NCBI RefSeq assembly: GCF_006345805.1
Contig: NC_043007.1
Span: forward strand, 24,800,001 to 24,864,000
Direction of reading: 5' to 3'
Length of the DNA: 64,000 bases
Source of the DNA: Octopus sinensis
Taxonomy: Eukaryota
Positions 13,085 to 27,632 of this stretch are shown piece after piece. How positions within the stretch are numbered: position 1 is the first letter of the stretch; each line of letters opens with the position of its first letter. The position numbers and the translations under genes were made by a program. A model generated the notes under the pieces. That model saw only the letters and a program-made list of their open reading frames with translations, made no database searches and was not told the DNA's origin.

Positions 13085-13400
13085 GCTACACTGGAAACTG
13101 TGGAGACTAGCAAAATCCTTTGAGATTTCCCAATCCAAACAGATCAGGTGCTAGAGCATAACAGACTGGACCTGGTGGTGGGGGACATGGTGAACCTCAT
13201 AAGCTATATGGTTGATGTTGCATGCTCCTTTGATCCACGAATAGTCAAGAAGGAAGATGAAAAGATAGATACATCCATCTTAAGTAAGAAATAGCCTGAA
13301 TATGGAAAATGAAGAAGGTGAAGATAGTGCCAATTATTGTTGGGTCCTTGGGAACAATATCAAAAGGCATCAAGAGGAATATAAAGGAAATTGAAACGAC
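13085..13400 (+). mobile_element. R4/Dong-like RLE fragment
   Basis: KIL*DFPIQTDQVLEHNRLDLVV..VDVACSFD..KVKIVPIIVGSLGTISK. Confidence 0.8.
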
Positions 13401-15501
13401 GATAAGTACTTTGCCTGGCATGATAACAATTCTGTCAGCTTGCCACCTTATGATATGCTATAATAATCTTTTCTACTATAGGCACAATGGCCTGAAATTC
13501 GTAGGGAAGGGTCTAACTGAGTATGTCAACCCCAGTGCTTGACTGGTACTTAATCTATTGACCCTGAAAGGATGAAAGGCAAAAATCAACCTTGGCGGAA
13601 TTTGAACTCAGATACCATGATATAATAATAATAAAAACAATGATTCTTTCTTAATGATTATATCTCGCATTATGATGATGTATTTCATTGTTTGTGTGAC
13701 TGGCCTGTACGGCGAACCTCGCCGACTGACACTGCTTGCTGTGTCTGTCCACTATTTATCAGTAGTGGAACAGCCCACTTCTCACTTGGGGGTGTCTGCC
13801 ACAACACTTAATTTAGCACAAAACCTGCAATTTTGAGGAAGTAAGTTGGCTACACCAACCCTAAGATGGAAGGCAAAGTCGACCCTGGTGGAATTTGAAC
13901 TCAGAACATTAAACTGAAAGAACTGCCACTCAGGATTTTGCACAATAACGAGTCTGTACATTAACGAGTCTGCCAGCGCACCTTAATAATTATAATAATT
14001 GCATAATAATATTAGTAACGGTAAATTTAGTTTTTTTTTTTATTTACATATCATAGGGCAAATGTCTTCTTTGATAATCCCTGATTCTTTGAAAATGGTG
14101 TAATACTGAACATATTGATTATACCAGAAAACATATTAATTAATAAAGAAGCTATAAAACAAGTTGCAGACAACATAAAAGGGCTAAGACCCAAACAAAG
14201 TAAAGAAGGTTATGGTAATGGTTTATTAATGCAAAACTGAAATGAATATATCTGATGTTGAATATCAGCAGCACAGTAGCAAAGTTTAAAAGAAAAAAAA
14301 GAAAGATAAAATACTAATAAATTTTTAATGATAATTATTTCTGCCATTTTTCTTATCTTTTATTCACTTCAAGTCATTGGACTGTGGCCAAGCTGGGACA
14401 CAGCCTTGAAGGATTTTCAGTAAACAAATCCATCTCAAAACTTTATTCTTATTTCTTTATTGCCCACAAGGGCAATACTTTATTCTTTTACTTGTCTTAG
14501 TCATTTGACTGCAGTCATGCTGGAGCACAGCCTTGAGGGGTTTTAGTCAAACAAATCGACCCCAGGACTTATTCTTTGTAAGCCTAGTACTTATTCTATC
14601 AGTCTCTTTTGCTGAACTGATAAGTTACGGGGATGTAAACACACCAACTTCAGTTGTCAAATGATGGTGGGGGGGACAAACACAAACACACAAATACATA
14701 CATATATATATATATGACAGGCTACTATCAGTTTCTGTCTACTAAATCCACTCACAAGGCTTTGGTAGGCCCAAGGCTATAGTAGAAGACAATAGCCAAA
14801 GGTGTCACACGGTGGGACTGAACCCAGAGCTATGTGGTAGGGAAGCAAGCTTCTTACCACACAGCCATGCCTGTGCCTATGTTTTAGTTTTTTTTTTTAC
14901 GTCTGGTATTTACTCTATGTGAAGGTGCATGGCTTAGTGGTTAAGATGTTACACTCATGACTCACAAGATCATGGTTTCAATTCTCAGACTAGGTAATGC
15001 ATTGTGTTTTTGAGCAAAACACTTCATTTCCTGTTGCTCTAATCCATTCAGCTGTTAGTGGGTAATCCTGTAACAGACTGGTATCCTGTTCAAGGGAAAT
15101 GTTGTGATCTTGGTCACATACAGGCCATGAAAACAGGGTAACCAGCCGTATGAGCTATAGGACTCAAGAAGTAAAGTCTAGGGGTTGGTGATGATAATTG
15201 TATACTTATTCTATTAGTCTTTACTGCTGAACCACTAAGTTTCAGGGACATAAAGAAATCAACAGCAGATGTCAAGCAGTAGGGATGACGATCACACACA
15301 TCATGTCTGATAAGTTCACCATCATCAATTCACTTCAGGGAAAGTTCACCATCATGAAAGCATTGGTTTTTTCAGTAAAATAGTTTTTAACTAATAATGG
15401 TGAGATACTATGAATATATTTTCTCGGTGAAATTTCTCCACAGTGAACTTTCTTCAAGGTGAATTGATGGCAGTGAACTTACCTGTAACCCACACACACA
15501 T

Positions 15502-15531
<30 letters not shown>

Positions 15532-15533
<2 letters not shown>

Positions 15534-15752
15534 TGAGTTGGTGCATAATTATTGCAGCTGTTTCCCAACAAATTTTACTCAACAAAAACAATAATGACAT
15601 GTAACAAAAACATCTTTAAATGATTATTCCGGAGCATATTCACCATCCACTTCAATTACTGCTTCCCATTTGCTTGGCTGTGTTAAATACTGTTATTTTT
15701 GTTGAATAAAATTTGTTGAAAAAGTGCCACAATAATTATGCACCAGCCCAAT
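15532..15752. mobile_element. Mariner-derived MITE
   Basis: TIRs TTGAGTTGGTGCATAATTATTG / CAATAATTATGCACCAGCCCAA; internal C-terminal remnant PSKWEAVIEVDGEYAPE* on the minus strand. Confidence 0.75.
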
Positions 15753-15994
15753 ATATATATACAAACACATACACACATATATGTGATACACTTCTAAACT
15801 GTTTCAGTCAACCAAATTCACTTGTAAGGCATTGGTTAGGTCAGGACTATCATAGAAAACGTTTGCCCTGGGTGCCACACAGTGGGACTGAACCAGAAAC
15901 CATGTGGTTACAGAGCAAGATTCTTCACCACACAGCCATGCCTGTCATATTGCATTTGTATTCAGTTCTTGGAATAATAAAAGAAATTACAAAC

Positions 15995-16187
15995 CATTTG
16001 TTTCTTTGAGATGTCATTGGACAGAATTTTCGATGAATCCAAAATCTGAATTGCAGATTCATCTTCCAGAATATTTCCTTTGGATTCTGACAAAGTGTGC
16101 AAAATTTTGTCTTCAATTTCTTTCAGTTGTCTCTTATTGGCAGCACTTTGAAAAATTAAAGCCTGGCGTTCTTCAGCTAGTTCTGGT
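15995..16187 (-). CDS. DNAH12: DNAH12-like exon 10; buttress/strut coiled coil
   Basis: tctcag|A..ATG|gtttgt; PELAEERQALIFQSAANKRQLKEIEDKILHTLSESKGNILEDESAIQILDSSKILSNDISKKQM; 193 nt. Confidence 0.95.
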
Positions 16188-16787
16188 CTGAGAGAAGAAA
16201 AGAAATACCAAAAGGAAAATGTAAGTCTTTTAACTCTTTTACTGTTTTTCAGCTACTGAAGGATATCAAACCATAAAACCATGCCAAAACAGACCTTGCC
16301 AGTGCTGGTGCCACATGAAAAGCATCCAGTCCATTCTTATTTCTTTATTGCCCACAAGGAGCTAAACATAGAGGAGACAAATAAGGACAGACAAAGGAAT
16401 TAAGTCGATTACATCGACCCCAGTGCATAACTGGTACTTAATTTATCGACCCTGAAAGGATGAAAGGCAAAGTCAACCTCTGCGGAATTTGAACTCAGAA
16501 GGCAGTGGTGGACGAAATACCACAAAGCATTTCACCCGGCGTGCTAACATTTCTGCCAGCTCGCCGCCTTTCTGTAAAGTGGTTGACATTAGGAAGGGCA
16601 TTCACCTATGAAATCCATGCCAAAGCAGACAGTGGAACTTGGTGCTGTCCTTTGGCTTGCCAGCTCCTGTCAAACCATTCCACCCATGGAGGACACACGT
16701 TAAATGATGATGACAATGATGATGATTATGCTGGGGCACAGCCATAAGGAATTTATTGTGGGTCATATTGAACCCAGGGGCTACAAT

Positions 16788-17006
16788 ACGTAGGGGTGCT
16801 GAAAAGTTCTTGGCTTTAGATACAAGAAAATACAAGAGAATCAGATAATTATGATTTTATTCAACATATTCTCTTCTCAGATTCACACACTTATTGCAGT
16901 GGTCCTTCAGTTTTTCTAAGCCCTGTAAAAGAACTCGGAAGCTTGTGCCTCCGACCAGGCATTTTGTAGTACTCTTAAAGACCGGAACTTTTCAGTAACT
17001 TCTCGT
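16788..17006. mobile_element. Tc1/mariner-type MITE; second copy at ~21352-21571
   Basis: TIR-like GGGGTGCTGAAAAGTTC / GAACTTTTCAG..CTCGTA; both copies share TCAGATTCACACA..GCAG.GG.CCTTCAGTTTTTCTAA. Confidence 0.7.
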
Positions 17007-17218
17007 AGAAGATACTTACTCAAGGTACCACAGTGGTGTTGAATCTAAAAGTATATGGTTTCTAATTTAGGTACAAGGACAACAATTCAGAGTGGGGAGA
17101 GAGTTAGACGATATCATTAAACTCAGTATTTGGCTGCTAATTTATTTTATCAGCCCTTAAGGGATGAAACGTAAAGCTGACCTCTCAGCAGGATTTTAAC
17201 TTAGATAGATAGATAAAC

Positions 17219-17269
<51 letters not shown>

Positions 17270-17282
17270 CAGATAGACAGAA

Positions 17283-17337
<55 letters not shown>

Positions 17338-18366
17338 TGAGAAAGGCTGGGAGGAATATAAATGCCTTTAAAAGTTGTGTGTAACAGCTCCATAAATTGA
17401 AACTGAAAAATATACCATAAAAATATGTGAAATTGTATTTCAGTGAAGAGAATGTTACACAAGTTTAGATTTGTGAAATCATTTCATTTCTATTCAAAAT
17501 AATACAAATGGAAGAACAGACATTAAATGATGATGATGATGATGATGACGACAATGACGATGATAATAATAATAATAATAGTAATATGATAATAAAAATA
17601 TAAAAATATGATAAAATAGAATATTAGTGAATAGCACTATATGTGCACATTATACTAGCAGTACCCATGGAAATACCAGTTATTTTGAAAACTGCAAAAC
17701 CATTAGAAGTTTGTAGAAAATCATGAAATGTATATTTACACACACACACACACACACATTTACATACATAGACTGACAAACATGCCTATACACAGTTATA
17801 CAGAAGTTCTTAGCATTTTATTACATGCAGTGAACTAATACTTTCAACTAATGATACCATTATTTTATATATCAAAAACTACTTCAAACAAATGCAGAGA
17901 GTGAGTGAGTGAGTGAGTGAGAGAGGGAGAAAGAGAGAGAAAGAGAGATAAGAATGAGTGTATGAGCAACAAAAGATGCTGTGATGTCACAGACTTTGCT
18001 ATGTATTCATATACCATCTTTCTCCCCTCCACTTCCAGCCTCCTACCTTTCAACCTCCCATCATTTTACTTTCTGATCTTTCTCTTGTATGTTTGCTTTA
18101 ACTCCCACTCTCACTCAGTCTCTCACTTTCTTTTTCTATTATGACACTGAGCAAGCTTTATCTCTCTTTTCACTCTTATTCTGATGTTTCACAATAAACA
18201 TCATCTCCACCACAATTTATCATTATCCTTTCTTATTATTTTCAATTTTACTCTGTGTGTGTGTGTGTGTGTGTGCATGTGTGTGTTTGTATGCATGTGT
18301 CTTTAAATGCCTCAAATATATGTAAAAAGTTGGTGTCAAAAACAAAACTGAGAGAGTAAATCTTAC

Positions 18367-18559
18367 CGTTCTTTGGCTACAACTATTTCCAACAGTTGAT
18401 CTTCAAGACCTTCTGGTGTTATCATGAAGTTTAGCAGTGATACTTTGGTAGCTATTTCTGGCAGGTAGTGAGGGTTCCTTAGTTTAGTTGTGATGTAGAA
18501 TTGGAAATCCATGCTATACTCAATATTGTTTTCTCCAAGACGAATCATTCGGACGCCAG
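18367..18559 (-). CDS. DNAH12: DNAH12-like exon 9; AAA5
   Basis: ttgtag|CT..CG|gtaaga; (A)GVRMIRLGENNIEYSMDFQFYITTKLRNPHYLPEIATKVSLLNFMITPEGLEDQLLEIVVAKE(R); 193 nt. Confidence 0.97.
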
Positions 18560-21500
18560 CTACAACAGAGAAAAAAAAAAGACACCCAAAAATCAGTATT
18601 GGATATATATCAGTACTCTGTCGGTTACGATGACAAGGGTTCTAGTTGATCCGATCAACGGATCAGCTTGCTTGTGAAATTAGTGTGCATGTGGCCAAAT
18701 ACCCTTAACAGAGTTCTCAGGGACATTCAGTGTCACACAGAGTGTGACAAGACTGACTCTTTGAAATATGGGTACTACTCATTTTTGCCAGTTGAAGGAT
18801 TGGAGTAATGTGATATAAAGAGTCTTGCTCAAGGACACAACACGCTGCTGGGAATTGAACTCACGACCTTGTGATTGCAAGCTGAATATCCTAATCACTA
18901 AGTCATGTGCTTTCACATTGGATATATACATAATACTATATAATTTTGATGAAAACAAATGTGCGTTCCTAATTAAGCATGGCTATTAATTACTCAGATG
19001 TACCAATTGTTAATTGAGTGAAGAGAGAATGATTAACGACATAGACATGGCATTGGTACTGATATACCTCTGAGATTGAGAAGCTTGCTTTCCAGCCATG
19101 TGGTTCTGGGTTCAGTCCCACTGAGTGGCACCTTGAGTATGTGTCTGTACTATTACCCTAGGCTAATCAGCCTTGATAGTGAATCTGGTGGATGGAAACT
19201 GAAAGAAGCCTGGAGTGTGTTTATGCGTATATATACATGTACCGTATTGCCTTGTACTTACATGTTAATCTTTTGGCGTTCCCGCTGATTAGAGCTTTCC
19301 CTAGCAAATTACTTTGTTTGCTAATTAGAGTTCAAAACCATGGGCCAGGAGATAGATAGTAAATGCTTTTATTTTTCATTCCCTTCGAAATTACCCCTAA
19401 TAGTGGTTTGGATTTTGGCTACACCTTCTAGCATGTTAGGTGTCCTATGATGGTCATCTCTTATGTGTTTAAATGTACACTGTATTTATATGAATGATAT
19501 ATATATATATATACACATATATATGGGATACAGCACTTTGGTCTAAAAGCGTTTTCATCTAAAGACATAAAGGATTATTAGAGTATAGTTATTTAGATCT
19601 TTTGCATTTCTTTTTGAGATTCTATAGACAAAATAGTTATAAGACCAAAGTGAGTTTAGACAAAAATGTCTTTAGACTATAGTGCATTTATACAAATGTC
19701 ACTTTAGATCAAAGTTCTTTAGACCATAGCCCATTAGACCGAAGTGTTTTAGAGGAAAATTCCTAGATCCATATATATATATTTATATTGATATATGTAT
19801 ACATATATTCTTTTACTCTTTTACTTGTTTCTGTCATTTGACTGCAGCCATGCTGGAACACTATCTTAAGGGGTTTTAGTTGAAAAACAAATTGACCCCA
19901 GGACTAATTCTTTGTAAGCCTAACACTTATTCTATCAATTTCTTTTAGCAAACCGCTAAGTTATGGGGATGTAAACACACCAACATTGGATGTCAAAAGT
20001 TGATAGGGGTACAAATACAGACGCAAAGGCACACACACATAGATATATACACAAATATATATACGATGGGCTTCTTTCAGTTTCCATCTACCAAACCCAC
20101 TCCCAAGGCTTTGGTTTGTCTGAGGCTGTAGTAGAAGACACTTGCCCAAGGTGCCATGCAGTGGGACTTAACCTGGAACCATGTGGTTTGCAAGCAAGCT
20201 GCTTACCACACAGCCACACCTGAAGAAATTTATAGATGTATACACACATAATGCCTGAAACACAAAATTAAAATTATAAGATTTCTCGCTTTCTTTCTTT
20301 ATCAATCTGTCTGTATTTCTTGGACAATGAATATGAGTGTTGACATTATTCATGAATTGTCACTATTTCATGAATGGCTGAAAATTACTTTCCTCTGTCG
20401 ATACAATAACTGACAATATGAAAGCCCTTCATTTTCTTAAGCGAATGTAGTATCTCCGTTGCATAGAGCTATCAAAATCCACGCTAGTGGATACATTGCT
20501 TTGCTTTTATGTATACCGACAATGTTGTCTCAGTATTTCACCTGCTTGTATTATATGCATTGTTATATCAACCAGTCTTTCAACCATTCATAATGATTTT
20601 AAAGAGATGAACTAATTACATAATGTAAATTGAATATGCAATTTTTCAGATAAATACATTTCTTATGCCAGTTGTTGTCTGTCCGTCTTCCTACTGCTGT
20701 AACTCTTTGATTCTGATTGTTCTTCTAGCTGACTTTCCTACCCCTGGACTACCTTATATAGGCGTAGGAGTGGCTGTGTGGTAAGTAGCTTGCTTACCAA
20801 CCACATGGTTCTGGGTTCAGTACCACTGCATGAAACCTTAGGCAAGTGTCTTCTACTATATCCTTGGGCTGACCAAAGCTTTGTGAGTGGATTTGGTAGG
20901 CAGAAACTGAAAAGAATCCCATCATATATATGCTCTTTTACTTGTTTCAGTTATTTGACTGTGGCCATGCTGGAGCACCGCCTTTAGTCGAGCAAATCGA
21001 CTCCAGGACTTATTCTTTGTAAGCCTAATACTTATTCTATCAGTCTCTTTTGCCGAACCGCTTGGTTACGGGGACGTAAACACACCAGCATTTGTTGTCA
21101 AGCGATGTTGGGGGGGACAAACACACACACACTAACATATACACATATACATATACATATATACGATGGGCTTCTTTCAGTTTCCGTCTACCAAATCTGC
21201 TTACAAGGCTTTGGTCGGCCCAAGGCTATAGTAGAAAACACTTGCCCAAGATGCCACGTAGTGGGACTGAACCCGGAACCATGTGGTTGGTAAGCATGCT
21301 ACTTACCACACAGCCACTCCAACGCCTATATATATAATTATATATATATATATGAGGTGCTGCTGAAAAGTTCCTGGCTTTGGGTAAAGGGAAAAACAGA
21401 AGGATCAGTTAATTATGATTTTATTGATCTGATTCTCCTCTCAGATTCACACATTTTGTGCAGCGGCCCTTCAGTTTTTCTAACCACTGCAAAAGAACTA

Positions 21501-21801
21501 GGACGGTTCAGTTTCCAATCAGGCTTTTCACAATGCACTTAAGGCCAAGAAGTTTTCAACATCCCCTTGTATGTGTGTGTGTGTGTCTACTGATCTAATA
21601 AAGAAGCACACAATGACACAGACATGCACACACACACCACGGGCCTCTTTCAGTTTCCATCAACCAAAACCACCCATAAGGTTCTGATTGGCCTGAGGCT
21701 ATAGTAGAAGACACTTTCCCAGGGTGCCATGCAGTGGGACTGAACCCAGAACCTTGTGGTTTAGAAGAAACATTTTTAACACAGTCATGCATGTATATGC
21801 A

Positions 21802-21843
<42 letters not shown>

Positions 21844-22211
21844 TATATATAGTTCACAGATGAGATCCAGATATTCTCTGTATAGAAGGCACTCAAAAGA
21901 TTCATACTTAAAATCCAATATCTTTACAGGGGATCATTCCACAAGGTAGAGAAAAGCTTTAAAAGGGATCAAGTTGAGTGGGTATAGAGGTAATTATGCA
22001 GATAGACAAATTAGACACATCAATATACTAAATACATCAAATACAAAATATGTATATGTGTATACATTCAAAAAAAGAGAAAGCAAAAGGTGGAAACATT
22101 CAGATGATGAATATTTAAGTCCAAATATATAGATATTTATATTAATAGGTCCAACTTACAAAGAGTACAAATGACAGAGAAAATTAAAGGGGTTGAAGGA
22201 AGATGTTATAA

Positions 22212-22332
22212 GTCCAACAGCCGTTTCTGGAGTCTCAGTGATCCATAATAATGTTGGTAGATTTAGTTCATCACAATATGTGGCCGTATGGAAGCAATTA
22301 ACATTGGATGAGATGAGGCTCTATCATCGGGG
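22212..22332 (-). ncRNA. Hammerhead-like motif with a long insertion in loop II
   Basis: CC-CCGATGA-TAGAGCCTCA...TGAGACTCCA-GAA-ACGGCTGT-T-GG. Confidence 0.55.
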
Positions 22333-22978
22333 TAGAGAAGATCTTACATTTCAGATCTTAATGCAGGGAATTTCAAAGATGGACTTTCCATATATATATC
22401 TATGCGTGGTGAGGTCAGTCCCAATTGTTATTTTGAGTCCCATGATGCTTAGGGTGTGTGTGTGTGTGTATACATGAGTAAGTACATAAGTAGAAAACAA
22501 GGTGGAAAAAATAGTACTTGAATACTGAAGGCAGAGTAATATGCTTTTTAATCAAAGCTTCAAAAGCAGCCTGTGAAACTCTGAGTAACAGTTTTTTGTG
22601 GTGTTTTTGCAGCTTTAATAAAAAAAGTGTGCATATGTATATGTATATATATATATATCATCATCATCATCATCATCGTTTAACGTCCGTTTTCCGCGCT
22701 AGCACGGGTTGGACGGTTTGACCGGGGTCTGGGAAGCCAGAGGCCTCTCCAGGCTCCAGTCTGATCTGGCAGAGTTTCTATGGCTGGATGCCCTTCCTAA
22801 CGCCAACCACTCCGCGAGTGGATTGGGTGCTTTTTACGTGCCACCTGCACAGGGGCCGGGGGGTCCGGCATTGGTCACGATCGGTTCGAGCTTTTCTAGA
22901 GCTGAGTTGGGGGGGGGGTCTAGCTGAGAAAGGTTCCACCAGTGGAAAGAGAGGGAGAGATAGTGGGGGGTGCAGGTA

Positions 22979-23015
<37 letters not shown>

Positions 23016-23118
23016 AAGTTAATCCAAACATGAAAAGACAAAGAGAAAACACAACAACGCGAGGACGTAGAACAAGTATAGTGTTATTGGATGCTCGGGA
23101 AAGGAAAAAAAGAAGGAG

Positions 23119-23154
23119 GATTTAATGTTTCGAGCGGAGCTCTTCGTCAGGAAC
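23119..23154 (-). ncRNA. Minimal hammerhead motif in a Penelope-like pLTR (~23015-23230) within (TA)n
   Basis: GTTC-CTGACGA-A-GAGC tcc GCTC-GAAA-CATT; the sister copy at 41955-41990 (+) reads GAAACGTT. Confidence 0.7.
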
Positions 23155-23227
23155 ATAGGAAAAGGAAAGATCCAAGGAAGGGAAGACGGAGGAAAAGAAA
23201 TCGCCAACGATATACACGCAGTCACAT

Positions 23228-23277
<50 letters not shown>

Positions 23278-24730
23278 CATACAAACATATACATACATAC
23301 ATGCAAACACTCACACAGAAACAGATGAGGTTTGGCAACAGGAAGAGTATCCGGCTGTAAAAACTAGCTTCATTTGATTCAGCTAACCTTGCACAAGTAG
23401 TCATTAAAATGAAACAAAGCACACACACACACACACATGCATGTACACATAGACATGTAAAACTACAAAATGCATGCATATACGCACACATACATATGCA
23501 AATACACACATTGTTACCATAAAATCTTTAAGCGATTTTAAAATCCGCATAATTTTAGTGCTTTATGGGATATAAAAATTTATCCACAAGAAAGATAAGT
23601 GAAAGAATATATTATATTCTTAAATAGATTTGTTCATGAGAATGCTAATTCGCAACACGGCTACTGCCATTATGGCACACACAAAGCATTCTGAAGTTCT
23701 AGAATTACATTTTGCAGCTGTTTTCTTTCTCGTTATACCCTAAGTCACGTTAGTTATATCTTGGCCCACAAGCCATACGGAATGAAATTTAGTTGAATTA
23801 ACAAAATACTTTACATCTCACCATAAAATGATTCTGTAGCTATTATTCTTTTTTTTTTTTTTCAAATTAATAAGCAATTATAATTTTTAATTTTATTATT
23901 ATTTCTTCTTTTTTTTTTTGACATAGGACAATAAAATGAAAGAATCAAGCTTCTAGATGATTTTTTTTATATAGATTAATTCTTTTCTTTTATTTTTTTT
24001 ACTTGTTTCAGTCAGTTGACTGTGGCCATGCTGGAGCACCGCCTTAACTGGGTTTAATCGAAAAAATCAACCCCATTATTTATTTTTTTGTAAGTCTAAT
24101 ACTTATTCTATCGGTCTCTTTTGCTGAACAGCTAAATTACGGGAACAGTTAAATTACGCATATCAGCAGCTACTAAGGGACATGCTCAACTGATTAAGGC
24201 CAAACAACTGACAAACATATCTGTGATATTGAGCAGAATATTCGCAGCAGCCCGTCTTTTATACCAAGACAAAACAATGTACATGATAACACTTTCTTTC
24301 AGTTAAGATCAGAAGCCATGAGAGCCACTGCCTAGTACTGCATCAAGGCATAATTATTATTATTATTATTGTTATTATTATCATTATTATTGTTGTTGTT
24401 GTGTTGTTGTTGTTGTTCTTCTTCTTCTCTTCTTCTTCTTCTTCTTCTTATTATTATTATTATTATTATCATTATTGTTAAAGCGGTGAGATAGCAGAAT
24501 CAGTAGCACACTAGACAAAATGCTTAGAGGCATTTCATCCGTTTTTATATTCTGAGTTCAAATTTCACCAAGCACAACTGCTTAACCTCCCAAGATTTAG
24601 CCTTTCATCCTTCAAAGTCGACAAAATAAGTACCAGTTGAATACTGGGGTCAATGTAATTGAAACCCCACCAAGTTGTTGGCCTTGTACCAAACATTTGA
24701 AATCATTATTATTATTATTATTATTATTAT

Positions 24731-25216
24731 TTCGTAACACAGGGTAGGTAAAAATGCACCAGTCTTTAGTAATCTGTCAAGTCACAACAAGGACCTCAGA
24801 CAGATAATACTTTCCTTAAGATGTGCGATTATTATTTATTGTCTTTGCACAGCTTCTAACGCTGGAGCTGTACTATGGTGCCAGCTGTTCACTACCAGTG
24901 AACTAAGGCAACACTCCTTATTTTTCAAGTTCCATCCGGAGTATTCGAGCTGTTCCAAGCAGTGCTGTTTTCTGCAAGTGCTCCACCCTTATTGTAACCC
25001 CTATTTGTTCCATGTGCTTCTCAATATTTTTACTCACTGTTCCCAGGGCTCCGACAATTATTTGTACTACTGCTACCTTTTTCATTGAGCACAACTGCTT
25101 AACCTCCCAAGCTAACCTGTCATATCAATCGACTTTTCTTTCTTCCTTATCGCATACCTTGTTGTCAGCTGGGCATGCTATATCTATGATCCAGAAAGGA
25201 AGCAAACGATGCTGGA
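24731..25216 (-). mobile_element. R4/Dong-like RLE fragment (second family) inside (TAA)n
   Basis: WIIDIACPADNKVCDKEERKVD*YDRLAWEVKQL...IIVGALGTV...LQKTALLGTARILR; (ATT)n on both sides. Confidence 0.85.
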
Positions 25217-25228
25217 TTATTATTACTA

Positions 25229-25295
<67 letters not shown>

Positions 25296-25541
25296 CATCA
25301 TTATTATTTTGTAGCAGACAATAAAATGGATGCATGAAGCTTCTAAGGCTTCCAAATGATTTTTATAGAATAATTCTATCATAAATAGAATTTGAGTTAC
25401 AAAAATTTTTAATTGCTCAAGGATTTATGATGACCCTCTATGTATGTATGCATGCATGTATGTACGTATGTATGTATGTATGTATGCATTTATGAATTAT
25501 GGGCGTATAAATGTATTTCTATGTGCATATGTGTGTATATA

Positions 25542-25591
<50 letters not shown>

Positions 25592-25949
25592 TACACTCAC
25601 ACACACATGTACATATTTACTGGATATAGTCTCTGGTTATCAATGTCTTCTTCCTGTCTGTCACTCCATGTGTGCGAAAGTATCATTGATTATTGAAACT
25701 CAACACCTTTAGTCTAAACATTCAATTATAAATATGAATATGTGTGCATGCTTGCGTGTGTATTTGTATGTATGCGCATGCGTATATGTGTGTCTGAGTG
25801 AGTGAGTGTGTGCGTGCGTGCATATATGTATGCGTGTATGGACAGAGTAATTCTGAAATATCTTCCCTGATATCCACAAAGTAATTACTTTACATGAATA
25901 CTGCTTCCAGCAAGAATGTCAGATATAGTAAATATCTTTTGTTGCTAAG

Positions 25950-25973
25950 TATATATATACGCGTGTGTGTATA

Positions 25974-26042
<69 letters not shown>

Positions 26043-26073
26043 TATATATATATGTATATGAATGTATATACGT

Positions 26074-26104
<31 letters not shown>

Positions 26105-26295
26105 CATATATACACACATATATATACATATATATACACACACACATACATATATATATACACATATATATACATACATATATAAATATATGCATATATA
26201 TATATACACTCGCACACATATATATGTATGTATATATATGTATATATATACATACATACATGTGTATATATATACATATCTACACACATGAACAT

Positions 26296-26334
<39 letters not shown>

Positions 26335-26390
26335 CATACACATATGCATGTGTGTGTATGTTATGCATATTTATGTATGCATGTATTTTA
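25950..26390. repeat. (TA)n/(CA)n compound microsatellite
   Basis: Direct inspection. Confidence 0.95.
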
Positions 26391-26751
26391 AGTATAAATA
26401 TGGCTTGCAATGCTGATTTTTAAAAAATTCATACTGTGCATATCTATTAGTAATATATATTAATGTGCCTTCAGATTTGTAATTTTGTAGACTTCAAATC
26501 CAGCCTAAATGTCTTCAGTTGTGAGTGCTGAATAGTAAGAAGGCAATATTGTCCAGCTGTAAAGCCATTGTTCTAATACATACACATACTCATGTATGTG
26601 TATATATATGTATATATCTGTGTGTATGTGCGTGTGTTTGCCTCCAGGGCCAAAACAGATTTACACTATTACAGGGTGAATGTCCAGTTAGGCAATATAT
26701 CTATACTGTGCCCAACCACCCATTCCACCAGAAGAAGGGAGAGATAGATAT

Positions 26752-26827
<76 letters not shown>

Positions 26828-26934
26828 GTAGATAGATAGATAGATAGATAGATAGGTAGGTAGATAGATAGGTAGATAGATTGATAGGTAGATAGATAGA
26901 GCGATAGATAGATAGATAGAAAGATAGATAGAGC

Positions 26935-26965
<31 letters not shown>

Positions 26966-27632
26966 TGATAGACAGATAGATAGGTAGATAGATAAGAAAG
27001 AGAGAAAGTGGGAGGGGGAGAGAGGGAGGGAGAGAGAGAAATTTTGCCATTTATCAAAAAAAAGAAAGAAAAAGGTACCAACACAGGGTGGTGTGTTGGT
27101 AAAATTATTTGATCATTGGATTGGATGTCTTCTGGTATTTGTCCTGACACTTTGCTTTCTGAGTATAAGACAGACTTCTTTCAGTTTCCGTCTTCCAAAT
27201 CCACTCACAAGGATTTGGTTGGCCCAATGCTATAGAAGAACACAGTTGCCCAATGTGCCACACAGTGGTACTGAACCTAGAACCATGTGGTTGGGAAGCA
27301 AGTTTCTTACCACACAGCCACACCAGTGCCTTTCTTTTTCAAATATTTCTATCTTTTATCTTTTACTTGTTTCAGTCATTAGACTGTGGCCATGCTGGGG
27401 CACTGCCTTGAAGACATTTCAATTGAAAGAGTTGACCCCCAGTACTTTCTTTTAAGTCTGGCACTTATTTTATTGGTCTCTTTAGCTGAACAGCTAGGTT
27501 ACAGAGGCATAAACAAACCGAGACTGGTTGTCAAGTGGTGGCAAAGACAAACATGCATACATGTGCACACACACACGATGGGCTTCTTTTGGTTTCTGTT
27601 TATGAAATCCACTCACAAGAGTTTATTTGGAA

